From Candidatus Saccharimonadota bacterium (GTDB lineage Bacteria; Patescibacteriota; Saccharimonadia; Saccharimonadales; UBA4665): a stretch of 36,396 nt of DNA. A program made the translations under genes and the position numbers. The notes below the pieces were generated by a model. The model ran no database searches. It had not been told where the DNA came from and was given only the letters and a program-made list of their open reading frames with translations. Where the stretch lies: positions 1 through 36,396 of the forward strand of contig JAQGHB010000051.1 of the NCBI GenBank assembly GCA_028289045.1. Direction: 5' to 3'. Shown piece after piece: positions 19,722 through 27,798 of this stretch. How positions within the stretch are numbered: the stretch's first letter is position 1; every line of letters starts with the position of its first letter.

Positions 19722-21269
19722 CTACTGACCCCAGAAGCTGCAGAGGGTAGACAGATCGAAGATATCAACCGTGCCGTTGCCATCGAGGTCACCTTGAGCT
19801 CGTGTGGCACCAGATGTCTTGCCGTAGTTGCTGGCGAGAGCGCTGAGATCGAAGATATCAACCGTGCCATTACCATCAACATCACCGCTCTTAACAATCG
19901 TAGTAACAGCCAGGGCTGTTGATGACGCAGAGGTCTTGGCTGCAGCGTCGTAGGCTTGGATGGTGAAGGAGTACGTGGCTCCGGAAGTTAAGCCTGTTGC
20001 GGTGTAAGAGGTCGTGGCGCTGGTACCAACCTTGGTGCCATTGCGGAGTATATTGTAGCCGGTTACGCCGACGTTATCGGTGGAGGCGGTCCAGCTCAGC
20101 GTGGCAGTGGTCGCAGTTTTAGATGGAGATGTCAGACCAGTTGGAACTGAAGGAGCGACGGTGTCAGCCAGCGTGCTTACAGACAATGCCGCTGTTTGGG
20201 CTGAAGTCTTGGCTGCGGCATCGTAAGCTTGAACCGTGAAGGAGTAGGCAGTGCCTGGCGTGAGGCCGGTGCTGGTGTATGAGGTTGTGGCGCTGGTACC
20301 AACTTTTGTGCCATCACGGTAGATGTTGTAGCCGATCACGCCGACATTATCGGTGGAGGCGGTCCAACCCAATGTGATGCTATTTACCGTGCTGGCCGAC
20401 GAAGTTAATCCGGTTGGAATGCTGGGCGCTACTGTATCGGCAGCCGTGCTTACTGCGAGAGCTGTTGATGAAGCTGAAGTCTTGCCTGCGGCATCGTACG
20501 CTTGAATGGTATACGAATAACTGGTGCTCGGGGTTAACCCTGTATTCGTGTAGGAGGTCGTAGTAGTGGTCGCTAGCTGGGTGCCATTGCGCAGGATATT
20601 GTAGCCAGCCACGCCCACATTGTCGGTGGCAGCTGCCCAGCTCAAACTAATGCTTGTCGCTGTCGTGGCGCTTGATGCCAGACCGGTCGGAACACTGGGA
20701 GGCGTCAAATCGGCAATGGTGTAGGTAGCGCCAGTGGTGGCGCCAGCCGCTATGTCCTGCTGCGTGGTCGTGCTCACGAGTGCAGTGCCGGTACCAAACG
20801 CAACAGAGGTCGTGCCGGTGGTAAGAGCTTTAAATGTCACGACCGCAACTGTCTGTGAGCCGGTGCGCACTGCGGTGGCGCCGCGGGCTATCTGTAGCAG
20901 GCCTGCGCCGTTATCGGTAGTTTGGGCGGCGATATCAAAGGCGCTGGTGCCGGTAGGTGTGTCAGTGCTGACGTAGCTTAACTTCGTAGGATCATAGGTA
21001 AGGTTGGCCTGAACCGCGTTGACCGTGTCTGTAGTACTATTTTCCATAATGGTCACCGTAAAGTTATTGCCAAGGCTAATTGATGAGCTGGCCGGTGACA
21101 AGCTCATGGAGCCTGGTGTGGCAGCGTGTGTGAAAGCTAGAATGTAGATTCCGACGCCGGCAAAGATAACGGCGAACAAAGCAGCAGTAAGCTGGGGGCC
21201 TTTCAAGTTTTTCAATTTTTTGGTTACTGATTTCATAGTAATGCCCAGATTAAGGTTTCTGCTCCTCAT
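19722..21269 (-). CDS. secreted/anchored cohesin - 3x fibronectin-type-III - dockerin protein
   Basis: N-terminal hydrophobic signal/anchor. Cohesin-like module (TVTIMENS..VNAVQANLTYDPTKLSYV..VTFKAL). Three roughly 91-aa FN3 repeats. C-terminal duplicated Ca-binding dockerin segments GDVDGNGTVDIFDLSAL and GDLDGNGTVDIFDLSTL. Alternative ATG at 21236. Confidence 0.85.
   Translation of the reverse strand: MRSRNLNLGITMKSVTKKLKNLKGPQLTAALFAVIFAGVGIYILAFTHAATPGSMSLSPASSSISLGNNFTVTIMENSTTDTVNAVQANLTYDPTKLSYVSTDTPTGTSAFDIAAQTTDNGAGLLQIARGATAVRTGSQTVAVVTFKALTTGTTSVAFGTGTALVSTTTQQDIAAGATTGATYTIADLTPPSVPTGLASSATTATSISLSWAAATDNVGVAGYNILRNGTQLATTTTTSYTNTGLTPSTSYSYTIQAYDAAGKTSASSTALAVSTAADTVAPSIPTGLTSSASTVNSITLGWTASTDNVGVIGYNIYRDGTKVGTSATTSYTSTGLTPGTAYSFTVQAYDAAAKTSAQTAALSVSTLADTVAPSVPTGLTSPSKTATTATLSWTASTDNVGVTGYNILRNGTKVGTSATTSYTATGLTSGATYSFTIQAYDAAAKTSASSTALAVTTIVKSGDVDGNGTVDIFDLSALASNYGKTSGATRAQGDLDGNGTVDIFDLSTLCSFWGQ
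19896..20711 (-). repeat. three tandem ~273-bp coding repeats (FN3 modules)
   Basis: Units at about 20711-20439, 20438-20166 and 20165-19896. Each encodes D(L/T)(T/V)(P/A)PS.PTGL.S......(I/T)(S/T)L.W.A.TDNVGV.GYNI.R.GT......TTSYT.TGLT....YS(Y/F)T(I/V)QAYDAA.KTSA. The similarity is visible at DNA level. Confidence 0.85.
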
Positions 21270-22467
21270 TAGTCGGCTTGGTGATACTACCAGGTGTTTG
21301 GGGTTTTGGACTGTCGGGGTGGATTGAGATCGGTTTGCTCAGATCGCCAACTACCATGGTATCTGGTGTGCCTGAGCCGCCCATGCCGGATGGCGGGTTG
21401 AACTTATTCTTGCGAGGGATGATGAAGCCCGCGATACCGAGTCCGGCGATGACCAGGAGTATGAGACCGTAGATGAGCCAGCTTGGTGTGGCATGGGATG
21501 CAAGTTTGATATTGAACTCTTGCAAGTTCTGCTTGTCTGAAGTTGGTTGAACGACTTTAACTGACTGAGACTGTGTTTTGCCAGAGTATGTGACTTTCGC
21601 GTTATAGGTACCGACGGCCACGCCGATGAAGCCAGCCAAGCCGTTGGCATCAGTTTTAAGTGTTTTACCATCAAGGGTCACAGTAGCGCCCACCACAGCT
21701 TTGTCCTTGCTGTCATGCACTTTAATGGCGACAAAGTAGGTGCCTGGGGTCAAAATGCCTGGAGTTTCGCCGGTAGCGCCTGTGGTGTTAGGAGTAGTCG
21801 CGGGTGTTGGGGAACCTGATACACCAGTGGTTGATGGTTTTGTAGGCTTGGAAGTCGTCGAACCACCGGAAGCAGGCTTGGAGCTACTCGAGCCACCGCT
21901 AGATGCAGGTGGCGTCACGGGGGTCGGAGGTGTCACTGCCGCGGCTTTCAACACGAAGTTTGCTCCTGCAGGATCGTCATTCCAAAGATTTGAATGATCG
22001 ATGCTACTGGCGACGATGGCGGTCGCGCCAACAAAGCGCAGTGGCGTGCCTGATGATGTTCCGATGACTTTAAAGACAAGCGTACCAGCTGTTTGGCTGC
22101 CTGTAAGTTGACCATTGAGCTGAGCACGAATAATATTCGCTACGCCGCCGCTTGCATCGGTTGAAATATCGACACTGCTAAAGGCGGCTGCTGAAGCGTC
22201 AAGGCTGATAAATTGCAGGACGCTAGGATCGTAGCTGAGATCAACATGCACTGCGTTTACGGCTTGCGTGCCGCTATTCTCGGTAATCTTAGCGCTAATC
22301 GTGTCACCAACAGTGTATGTACCGCTGGAGGGAGTAATACTATAGATTGCATTGCCTGCGGCTTTGGCGCTATGAACAGCAAATCCCAGGACCGCTACAC
22401 CTATAACTACTGCTAAAAGCCCGCTATGGGCGAAGGTTTTTATTTTTGATTGGGGTTTTATGGTCAT
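21250..22467 (-). CDS. membrane-anchored cohesin-domain surface protein (scaffoldin-like anchor)
   Basis: Signal peptide ending HSAKA. Cohesin-like module (ISAKITENSGTQAVNAVHVDLSYDPSVLQF..LVFKVIG). Ser/Thr/Pro-rich linker. CarboxypepD_reg-like beta-sandwich (VGATVTLDGKTLKTDANGLAGF). C-terminal TM helix WLIYGLILLVIAGLGIAGFII plus a cytoplasmic tail. Confidence 0.8.
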   Translation of the reverse strand: MTIKPQSKIKTFAHSGLLAVVIGVAVLGFAVHSAKAAGNAIYSITPSSGTYTVGDTISAKITENSGTQAVNAVHVDLSYDPSVLQFISLDASAAAFSSVDISTDASGGVANIIRAQLNGQLTGSQTAGTLVFKVIGTSSGTPLRFVGATAIVASSIDHSNLWNDDPAGANFVLKAAAVTPPTPVTPPASSGGSSSSKPASGGSTTSKPTKPSTTGVSGSPTPATTPNTTGATGETPGILTPGTYFVAIKVHDSKDKAVVGATVTLDGKTLKTDANGLAGFIGVAVGTYNAKVTYSGKTQSQSVKVVQPTSDKQNLQEFNIKLASHATPSWLIYGLILLVIAGLGIAGFIIPRKNKFNPPSGMGGSGTPDTMVVGDLSKPISIHPDSPKPQTPGSITKPTNEEQKP

Positions 22468-22503
22468 GTATTGAATTTTCCCAAATATTTCTATATAAAT
22501 ATG

Positions 22504-22532
22504 ACTATAGGCTATTCACATTAAAAGTACAA
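22504..22532 (-). promoter_or_regulatory. sigma70-like promoter (TTGTAC-17-TATAGT) for the cohesin/dockerin genes
   Basis: Minus-strand hexamers at 22532-22527 and 22509-22504 with a 17-nt spacer, in the AT-rich gap 22468-22574. Confidence 0.4.
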
Positions 22533-22574
22533 CAAAAACGTAAGCTTTTTACAGTTTTATTCGGCAACCCCGTG

Positions 22575-23639
22575 TTACTGCCATCTTTTTCCGCAATATA
22601 ACACAAGTTCTGTTAAGTACGTTTTGAGCTGCACGGGCATGCCAACTTCTTGCAGCACGGTAACGGCGGCTGCGCAGTAGTCGCCTATCAGGGCTTCTAC
22701 TTTTGTATGGGCGCCATTTTTCTGCAAAATCTGTTGTACCGAGTTGAGCTGAACTCTAGTGGCTAATGGATTGCCGAGAATATCAAGGAGCTTTTGGCGA
22801 TCTGTTTGGCTGGAAAGGCGCAGACCGTAACTCATGAGTAGTGTGCGCTTGCCTTCCCGTATGTCGCTGAGCGTGGATTTGCCTAGGCGCTGCTCGTCGC
22901 CAAAAATGCCGAGTATGTCATCTCGCAACTGAAAAGCTGTGCCAATGTGGGCTCCAAATCGTTCTAGCTGATCGAGTTGTGGCTGGCTAGCTCCAGCCAG
23001 CAGCGCCCCGAGCTGTAGCGGCGTCGAAAAGCTATAGGCCGCGGTCTTGGTCTGACTGACGTGTAGGAGATGCGTATCGTCATCTGTTTCTTCCCAGGTA
23101 GTACCCAGTGGCAAAGCAGTATCGGCCAGCTCGCCCCCAACCACCGAAAAAGTGGTCTGATGCACCAAGGCTGCCGCGCGTAGCAGGTCAGTGGCCGGAA
23201 AGTCGCTGGCTAGCAGTACCTCATGCGAAAGATTATGACAAATATCGCCAGCGAGCAGCGCCCAGGCATTGGCGTAGTGATGCGCCTCGCTATCTTTTAT
23301 AGTTTTTCTAAGTTCCTCATAGTAATGACCGCTAATATTGGGGCCGCCCCAGCGCACCACGTCGCGGTCGATAATATCGTCGTGCACCAGAATAAAGGCA
23401 TGGAAAAGCTCTTGACTGGCAGCGACAGGGATAATAGCGTCGGACTTCTTGCCGCCGTAGGCTGTGTACGCTCGAATGACGAGTTCCGGACGCATACGTT
23501 TGCCGCCCCGCGCGATCAGTACGGCAATTTGCTCTAAGAGGTCGGCGTAGGCGGGGCCAATGGCCTGCGCCTGAGCTGATTTACTCGCGAGAAGTTGGGC
23601 TATGAACGCTTCTATTTGCTGCTTTGATGAGTCTCTCAT
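22575..23639 (-). CDS. short-chain trans-prenyl diphosphate synthase (FPP/GGPP synthase family)
   Basis: First Asp-rich motif LVHDDIID with no insertion and Phe at -5. Second motif FQLRDDILGIFGDEQRLGKSTLSDIREGKRT. Its ATG overlaps the upstream stop (ATGA at 23636-23639). Confidence 0.9.
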   Translation of the reverse strand: MRDSSKQQIEAFIAQLLASKSAQAQAIGPAYADLLEQIAVLIARGGKRMRPELVIRAYTAYGGKKSDAIIPVAASQELFHAFILVHDDIIDRDVVRWGGPNISGHYYEELRKTIKDSEAHHYANAWALLAGDICHNLSHEVLLASDFPATDLLRAAALVHQTTFSVVGGELADTALPLGTTWEETDDDTHLLHVSQTKTAAYSFSTPLQLGALLAGASQPQLDQLERFGAHIGTAFQLRDDILGIFGDEQRLGKSTLSDIREGKRTLLMSYGLRLSSQTDRQKLLDILGNPLATRVQLNSVQQILQKNGAHTKVEALIGDYCAAAVTVLQEVGMPVQLKTYLTELVLYCGKRWQ

Positions 23640-25495
23640 TTCTGATATTCCAATATAAATTTTTGAGTTTCCTGGCTACCGGCGACGGCCCGTTCGGCTG
23701 ACGCTTCCAATGGAGTGAGCCAATCTAAAAACAGCTTTGGGCTGGCTATGTCGGATTGAGTGAGCGCTTTACGGGCGGCGCTGCTATGACTCGTGATGAG
23801 CTCGGCGACAACATGTATGGTCGATCGCCAAAATATCTGCCGCAAAACAGGCAATTCGGTTTTGAGGTTGATCGATCCCGCAGCGCCGTGCTCTTTGAGT
23901 AGCAAGCAAGCCACCGCGCTCAAGTGGCCGCGCGCCAGATCTTCTTCCCAATCATGGGCGTCATCATTAAGCTGGCGCGCAATCAGGAAATGATGAAAAA
24001 ATTTCTGAAGTTGCGGCACTTTGGCTGCACTGTTTCCGGCCATCAGCACGCCGCAGGCCGCCAAGCTGTGCCCCCACGAGCGCTCTGCCAGCTGCCGGTA
24101 GTCTCCATATGTCGGCAAGGTGTAGTGTAGCCTGCCCTTTAGCGCGGTGGCCCGAGCTTGAGTAACTTCCCAGAGATTGGCAGTGTCCATGGCGACAAAA
24201 GCGTCATCAACCAGTGCGGTAAAACGTACGTTGTCAGGCAGCGCTTTGGCAAAATGTGTAACCGATTGGCGGAGCGCGTAGTGCGCCGCGCTCAGCAGTG
24301 CCAGCTGTCCTTCCTCATCCAAAAAGTCATCATAGATACTGTAGGCAATCCAGCCATTGAGGCTACCCAGGTTGAGCTGTTCTAACATTTTTTTGTCGGC
24401 TGTACGGTCGTAGGCTCGGGCTGTCAGTGTGGCCATATCGCTAATTTGGCCATCATGATCACGCGCAGCAATTTGCCTAACAATGTTTTGATACGCTGTA
24501 CCGAGTTCCGCGGGTAGCGATTTGCTGCTGGCAAGGGCCGCTCGTATGGTCGGGCTGGTCACGACGAGAGTTTTTTTCGGTGTTTCCTCGGAATGGATTT
24601 CAGAAAGCGCTTCCAGCGCAAACGCAGTCGTCAATGCCGCCGAACCGGCGTAATACTGCTGACCATCGAGATGTGGGTCAACGTACAGCGCTTCGGCTGG
24701 CCAGTGTCCGTCATGGCGCAGCGCCAGCAATCGTCTACGCGCGGAAGCAATTTTGGATGCTGGCAGCTGTATATTGCGGGCGGCGGTTATAAGAAGCGCC
24801 AGCTGCAAGCTAGTATGAGTTTTGGACGCGTCCAAGCTGTCGGCAACGAGTTTTTGGAGCGCATTCAGCTGGGGCCCCTTGTACCAGCGCGACAGAAAAT
24901 ATAACGAAGGAATACTGCTCACGTAGTACGGCGATCTCAGCGTATTTTTCTGGATGGCTTCATCCAAGAAGCTGTTTAGACCAGCCAGCTCAACGCCTTG
25001 CCGGCTAAAAAAAGCACCAATATTAGCGTTGACCACAACATCGATATCTTGCCACTGCGTGCCATCAGATTTCACTAGCCAGGTACGATACGGTCCGCCT
25101 GGTGCCGCCTCGGTGGCAATCAGTAATTTAGCGAATTGAGCCAGCGCGGCGGCATCAACTAGCGTGGAGTTGAAGCTCTGCAGCGCCAAAAGCGCGCAAC
25201 TAGTATCGTCGAGATCATCCGGATACGGGTGCTGCAGGGCCATATCGCTGCTAGTTTGCCAGTAGTTCCAGGATCCCTGCGGACTCTGTTGGCCTTGCAA
25301 AAAAGCGACTGCTGCGGCGCGAATAGAATCAGTACCCGCGACATTGCGCAGACACCATACAATCAGCGATGTAAAAAAGTTGGTAGGATGCTGCCGCGTT
25401 GGTTCAAACGGCATCATCGCAGTACTGGCCTGCCCCATAAAACTGCCGTCCGCGGCTTGCTGGTTCGCCAAGTATGCCACCCCCTCTGTCATCAT
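23636..25495 (-). CDS. fusion protein: N-terminal squalene-hopene-cyclase/prenyltransferase-type alpha/alpha barrel + C-terminal squalene/phytoene-synthase-like class I isoprenoid synthase domain
   Basis: N-terminal roughly 300 aa: QW-type motifs YLANQQAADGSF and FLQGQQSPQGSW, plus YPDDLDDTS (nt 25202-25216), which resembles the DxDDTA of class II cyclases. C-terminal roughly 290 aa: DDFLD (nt 24317-24331) and, 121 aa later, QLNDDAHDWEEDLARG (nt 23942-23968 covers NDDAHDWEE). The second aligns with the QLxNIxRDVxED..RG motif of CrtM/CrtB/SQS. Confidence 0.75.
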   Translation of the reverse strand: MMTEGVAYLANQQAADGSFMGQASTAMMPFEPTRQHPTNFFTSLIVWCLRNVAGTDSIRAAAVAFLQGQQSPQGSWNYWQTSSDMALQHPYPDDLDDTSCALLALQSFNSTLVDAAALAQFAKLLIATEAAPGGPYRTWLVKSDGTQWQDIDVVVNANIGAFFSRQGVELAGLNSFLDEAIQKNTLRSPYYVSSIPSLYFLSRWYKGPQLNALQKLVADSLDASKTHTSLQLALLITAARNIQLPASKIASARRRLLALRHDGHWPAEALYVDPHLDGQQYYAGSAALTTAFALEALSEIHSEETPKKTLVVTSPTIRAALASSKSLPAELGTAYQNIVRQIAARDHDGQISDMATLTARAYDRTADKKMLEQLNLGSLNGWIAYSIYDDFLDEEGQLALLSAAHYALRQSVTHFAKALPDNVRFTALVDDAFVAMDTANLWEVTQARATALKGRLHYTLPTYGDYRQLAERSWGHSLAACGVLMAGNSAAKVPQLQKFFHHFLIARQLNDDAHDWEEDLARGHLSAVACLLLKEHGAAGSINLKTELPVLRQIFWRSTIHVVAELITSHSSAARKALTQSDIASPKLFLDWLTPLEASAERAVAGSQETQKFILEYQK

Positions 25496-26898
25496 GAACT
25501 CGGCTTAGTCTGGCTGCGCAGTCTGACAGTAAAACAAGTGCCGCGCTTCGGCGAACTGGTGACAGTGATGCGGCCCATAAAATCAGCGGTGACAATCTGC
25601 TGTACCATCGCCAGACCAATGCCCATATTCTGCTGATTATGCTGCTTAGTGCTGTAGAACGGCTCGAAAATATGCTGCTTTTCATCTGCGCTGAGGCCGT
25701 GTCCCCAGTCGCAGACCTGCACCTGACAGGTTTTCTCGGTGCGCTTAATGGTGATGACTACGCGCCTTTCACCAAAAGGTGTCGGGTGGTCATCGTATGC
25801 TTCAATGCTATTAATAAGCAGGTTAGCGATTAGCTGATTGAACTTCACCGGATCGCCAAACAAGCGAATCTGAGCGTCGCTTATGATCTCAAACTTGACG
25901 CCACCCTCGCGGGCTCGGTGGCCGAGAATACGCGTCACTTGCTTTACTTCCTGGTGCAGGCTGAAATTAGTGAGGTTGCCCTGCCCTTTGAGCTGCTTGC
26001 GTGCAGCGTCAACGAAGCGTTCAATGTGCTGCAGACTTTGAACGGCTCGGCGCAGCAGAACTGGCCGCGGCTCACTGCTGTGTTGCTCTAAGTTCAGTGA
26101 TGCTACCGTCAAAGGATTTGACATTTCATGTAGTAAACCGGCACTGAGCCGCCCAAATTCTGCTAGGCGCTGTAATTCCATAACGCGGACGAGTTGCGCC
26201 TGCTCTAGCTCGCGAGTGCGCTCGGCGACTTTAACTTCCAGATTATCGCGCTCTAGTTCCAGCGCATGTTCGGAGGTGCGAGCCCGAGCTAGCGAGCGAG
26301 TGGTCTCACGATTGGCCAGCCAGGCCACCAGCCCGATTATCAAAAGTATAACGGTGTAGCCAATCGCCGAGGCCATTTCAAGTCTAAAACCTGCCCAGCT
26401 CAGGTCGGGATGAAGATAGCCGTACACTTGCGCGTAACTGATTGGCAAAAGTCCCACCGCGACAACGCAGCTGGCAATCAGCGCCGCCCGCGCGGTGAGC
26501 AAGACGCCAGCTATAACAATGGCGAGCGCCAGAACAAGTTGAGCTGAGGGTAATTCAAAACTCCATGTCAGAACGAGCTGTAGGGCTGCGACCAGTAAAA
26601 ATCCCACCAATACGTAGGCGACAACTTGGTGGTAGCCTTTGCGTGATAATTTCCATAAGCCAGCGATAACCACCGTAAAAACAAGCAGTATTGGCAACGC
26701 AGAACCTTTGCCGCCACCATCCAGACGATTACCTATATTAGAAAGATCAGCAATAACCGCGATGACCGTTAGTCCACAGAGCAAAATATTCAGAATAAGC
26801 TCTCGACGCTGCTGGTCTGGGGTCAAGCTGCGCGGCGCGAGAAATTTTTTGTACCAATTTGAGGTGTCAATTTGAAAGCGGAAACGGGACACAGGCAC
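25492..26898 (-). CDS. sensor histidine kinase with six N-terminal TM helices and no extracytoplasmic domain
   Basis: Six hydrophobic helices joined by short loops, then a coiled coil. H-box FGRLSAGLLHEMSNPL, N-box LLINSIEAY, G1 DWGHGL, G2 GIGLAMV. GTG start. Its stop overlaps the next ATG (ATGA at 25492-25495). Confidence 0.9.
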   Translation of the reverse strand: MPVSRFRFQIDTSNWYKKFLAPRSLTPDQQRRELILNILLCGLTVIAVIADLSNIGNRLDGGGKGSALPILLVFTVVIAGLWKLSRKGYHQVVAYVLVGFLLVAALQLVLTWSFELPSAQLVLALAIVIAGVLLTARAALIASCVVAVGLLPISYAQVYGYLHPDLSWAGFRLEMASAIGYTVILLIIGLVAWLANRETTRSLARARTSEHALELERDNLEVKVAERTRELEQAQLVRVMELQRLAEFGRLSAGLLHEMSNPLTVASLNLEQHSSEPRPVLLRRAVQSLQHIERFVDAARKQLKGQGNLTNFSLHQEVKQVTRILGHRAREGGVKFEIISDAQIRLFGDPVKFNQLIANLLINSIEAYDDHPTPFGERRVVITIKRTEKTCQVQVCDWGHGLSADEKQHIFEPFYSTKQHNQQNMGIGLAMVQQIVTADFMGRITVTSSPKRGTCFTVRLRSQTKPSS

Positions 26899-26927
26899 AA
26901 CCTATACAGTAGTAATATTGATGTTTT

Positions 26928-26957
26928 ATGAAGGGATCGGTTACCCGATCCCTTCAT
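26928..26957 (-). other. perfect 13-bp stem / 4-nt loop hairpin directly after the 38-aa ORF (attenuator or transcript-stabilising element, not a canonical terminator)
   Basis: ATGAAGGGATCGG-GTAA-CCGATCCCTTCAT on the minus strand, starting 2 nt after the sORF stop. It is followed by AAAACATC, not a U-tract. Confidence 0.6.
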
Positions 26958-26959
26958 CA

Positions 26960-27076
26960 CTAGGCTACGTCAGCCCATGGCGTAAATGTCTCCGCCATGG
27001 AACTCGCCAAGTCTGGCATGCTCGCCGCGTCGCGTGCCGACACGTCGGTGAGCACTGTTTGCAAGAGCTCGTTCAT
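26960..27076 (-). CDS. unannotated 38-aa acidic small ORF between response regulator and kinase (MNELLQTVLTDVSARDAASMPDLASSMAETFTPWADVA)
   Basis: The ATG lies 20 nt after the RR stop and is preceded by AAAGGGGG with a 6-nt spacer. The ORF is followed by the hairpin. It falls below the 60-aa cut-off of the ORF track. It has a single Trp five residues from the C-terminus, no Cys and no signal peptide. Confidence 0.5.
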   Translation of the reverse strand: MNELLQTVLTDVSARDAASMPDLASSMAETFTPWADVA

Positions 27077-27096
27077 TGCCTACCCCCTTTATATTA

Positions 27097-27786
27097 CTAT
27101 GTGCTACTACTTTTGAATGCATCAATTTTGTAGCCAAGTCCATGTACCGTTTTGATTAACGGTGTCCCAAATGGGCGGTCAATTTTGTCGCGCAGGTATT
27201 TGATGTGCACGTCAACGGTATTGGTCAATGAATCATCGGTATCGTCCCAGGCGTAGCTGCTGAGCGTGGCCCGCGTCACGACCATGCCGGTATTTTGCAT
27301 CAGGCATTCCAGGACGGCGAATTCTTTGCGCCGCAGCGGAATGTTTTGCCCTGCTCGCTGTACTAGGTGCTTAATGGTATCAAGCTCCAGATCGCCGACA
27401 ACCAGACGATGGCGACTTTTGGATGAGCTGCCTGGACGGCGCGTCAGCACCCGCAAGCGAGCTTTTAGCTCGTCCATACTGAAAGGCTTGGTGAGATAGT
27501 CGTTGGCTCCGCTGTCGAGGAGGGTTACCTTGTTCATAACTTCAGTGGCACCGCTTAAAACCAGGATAGGCGTGGTGAGCCCGCTGGTACGAACTCGCTC
27601 GCAGATTTTGAGGCCTGGCGAATCAGGAAGGTTTAAATCCAGAATAATAGCGTCGTATGGGTGCTCGGTGAGCTTTTGCATGGCTCGGGCGCTGGTACCG
27701 ACCGTATCCACCGTATATAGCGTCGCTAGGGCGCGGTACAGCACCAGAACTATGCCTGGATCATCTTCTACAATCAGTAAGCGCAT
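27097..27786 (-). CDS. OmpR/PhoB-family response regulator
   Basis: Receiver domain (LLIVEDD, ILDLNLPD, TKPF) plus a winged-helix output domain (LRRKEFAVLECL ... VHGLGYKI). Confidence 0.93.
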   Translation of the reverse strand: MRLLIVEDDPGIVLVLYRALATLYTVDTVGTSARAMQKLTEHPYDAIILDLNLPDSPGLKICERVRTSGLTTPILVLSGATEVMNKVTLLDSGANDYLTKPFSMDELKARLRVLTRRPGSSSKSRHRLVVGDLELDTIKHLVQRAGQNIPLRRKEFAVLECLMQNTGMVVTRATLSSYAWDDTDDSLTNTVDVHIKYLRDKIDRPFGTPLIKTVHGLGYKIDAFKSSST

Positions 27787-27798
27787 AAGATTTTAATC

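Noticed and set aside
19712-19897. A 61-aa ORF overlapping the dockerin-coding end of the 515-aa gene
   Set aside because: It lies on the same strand in a different frame, inside a region whose main frame encodes two canonical dockerin Ca-binding repeats. It is a frame-shadow artefact.
26928-26957. The hairpin read as a rho-independent terminator
   Set aside because: A perfect 13-bp stem is present, but no U-tract follows it on the minus-strand RNA (AAAACAUC). On the plus strand the T-run lies upstream of the stem. I therefore report it only as a stem-loop of possible attenuating or stabilising function.
26918-27133. A 71-aa plus-strand ORF in the RR-kinase gap
   Set aside because: It overlaps the RR 3' end in antisense, has no SD and gives an odd Cys/His/Arg-rich translation. 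The minus-strand 38-aa ORF has a proper SD and fits the operon's direction.
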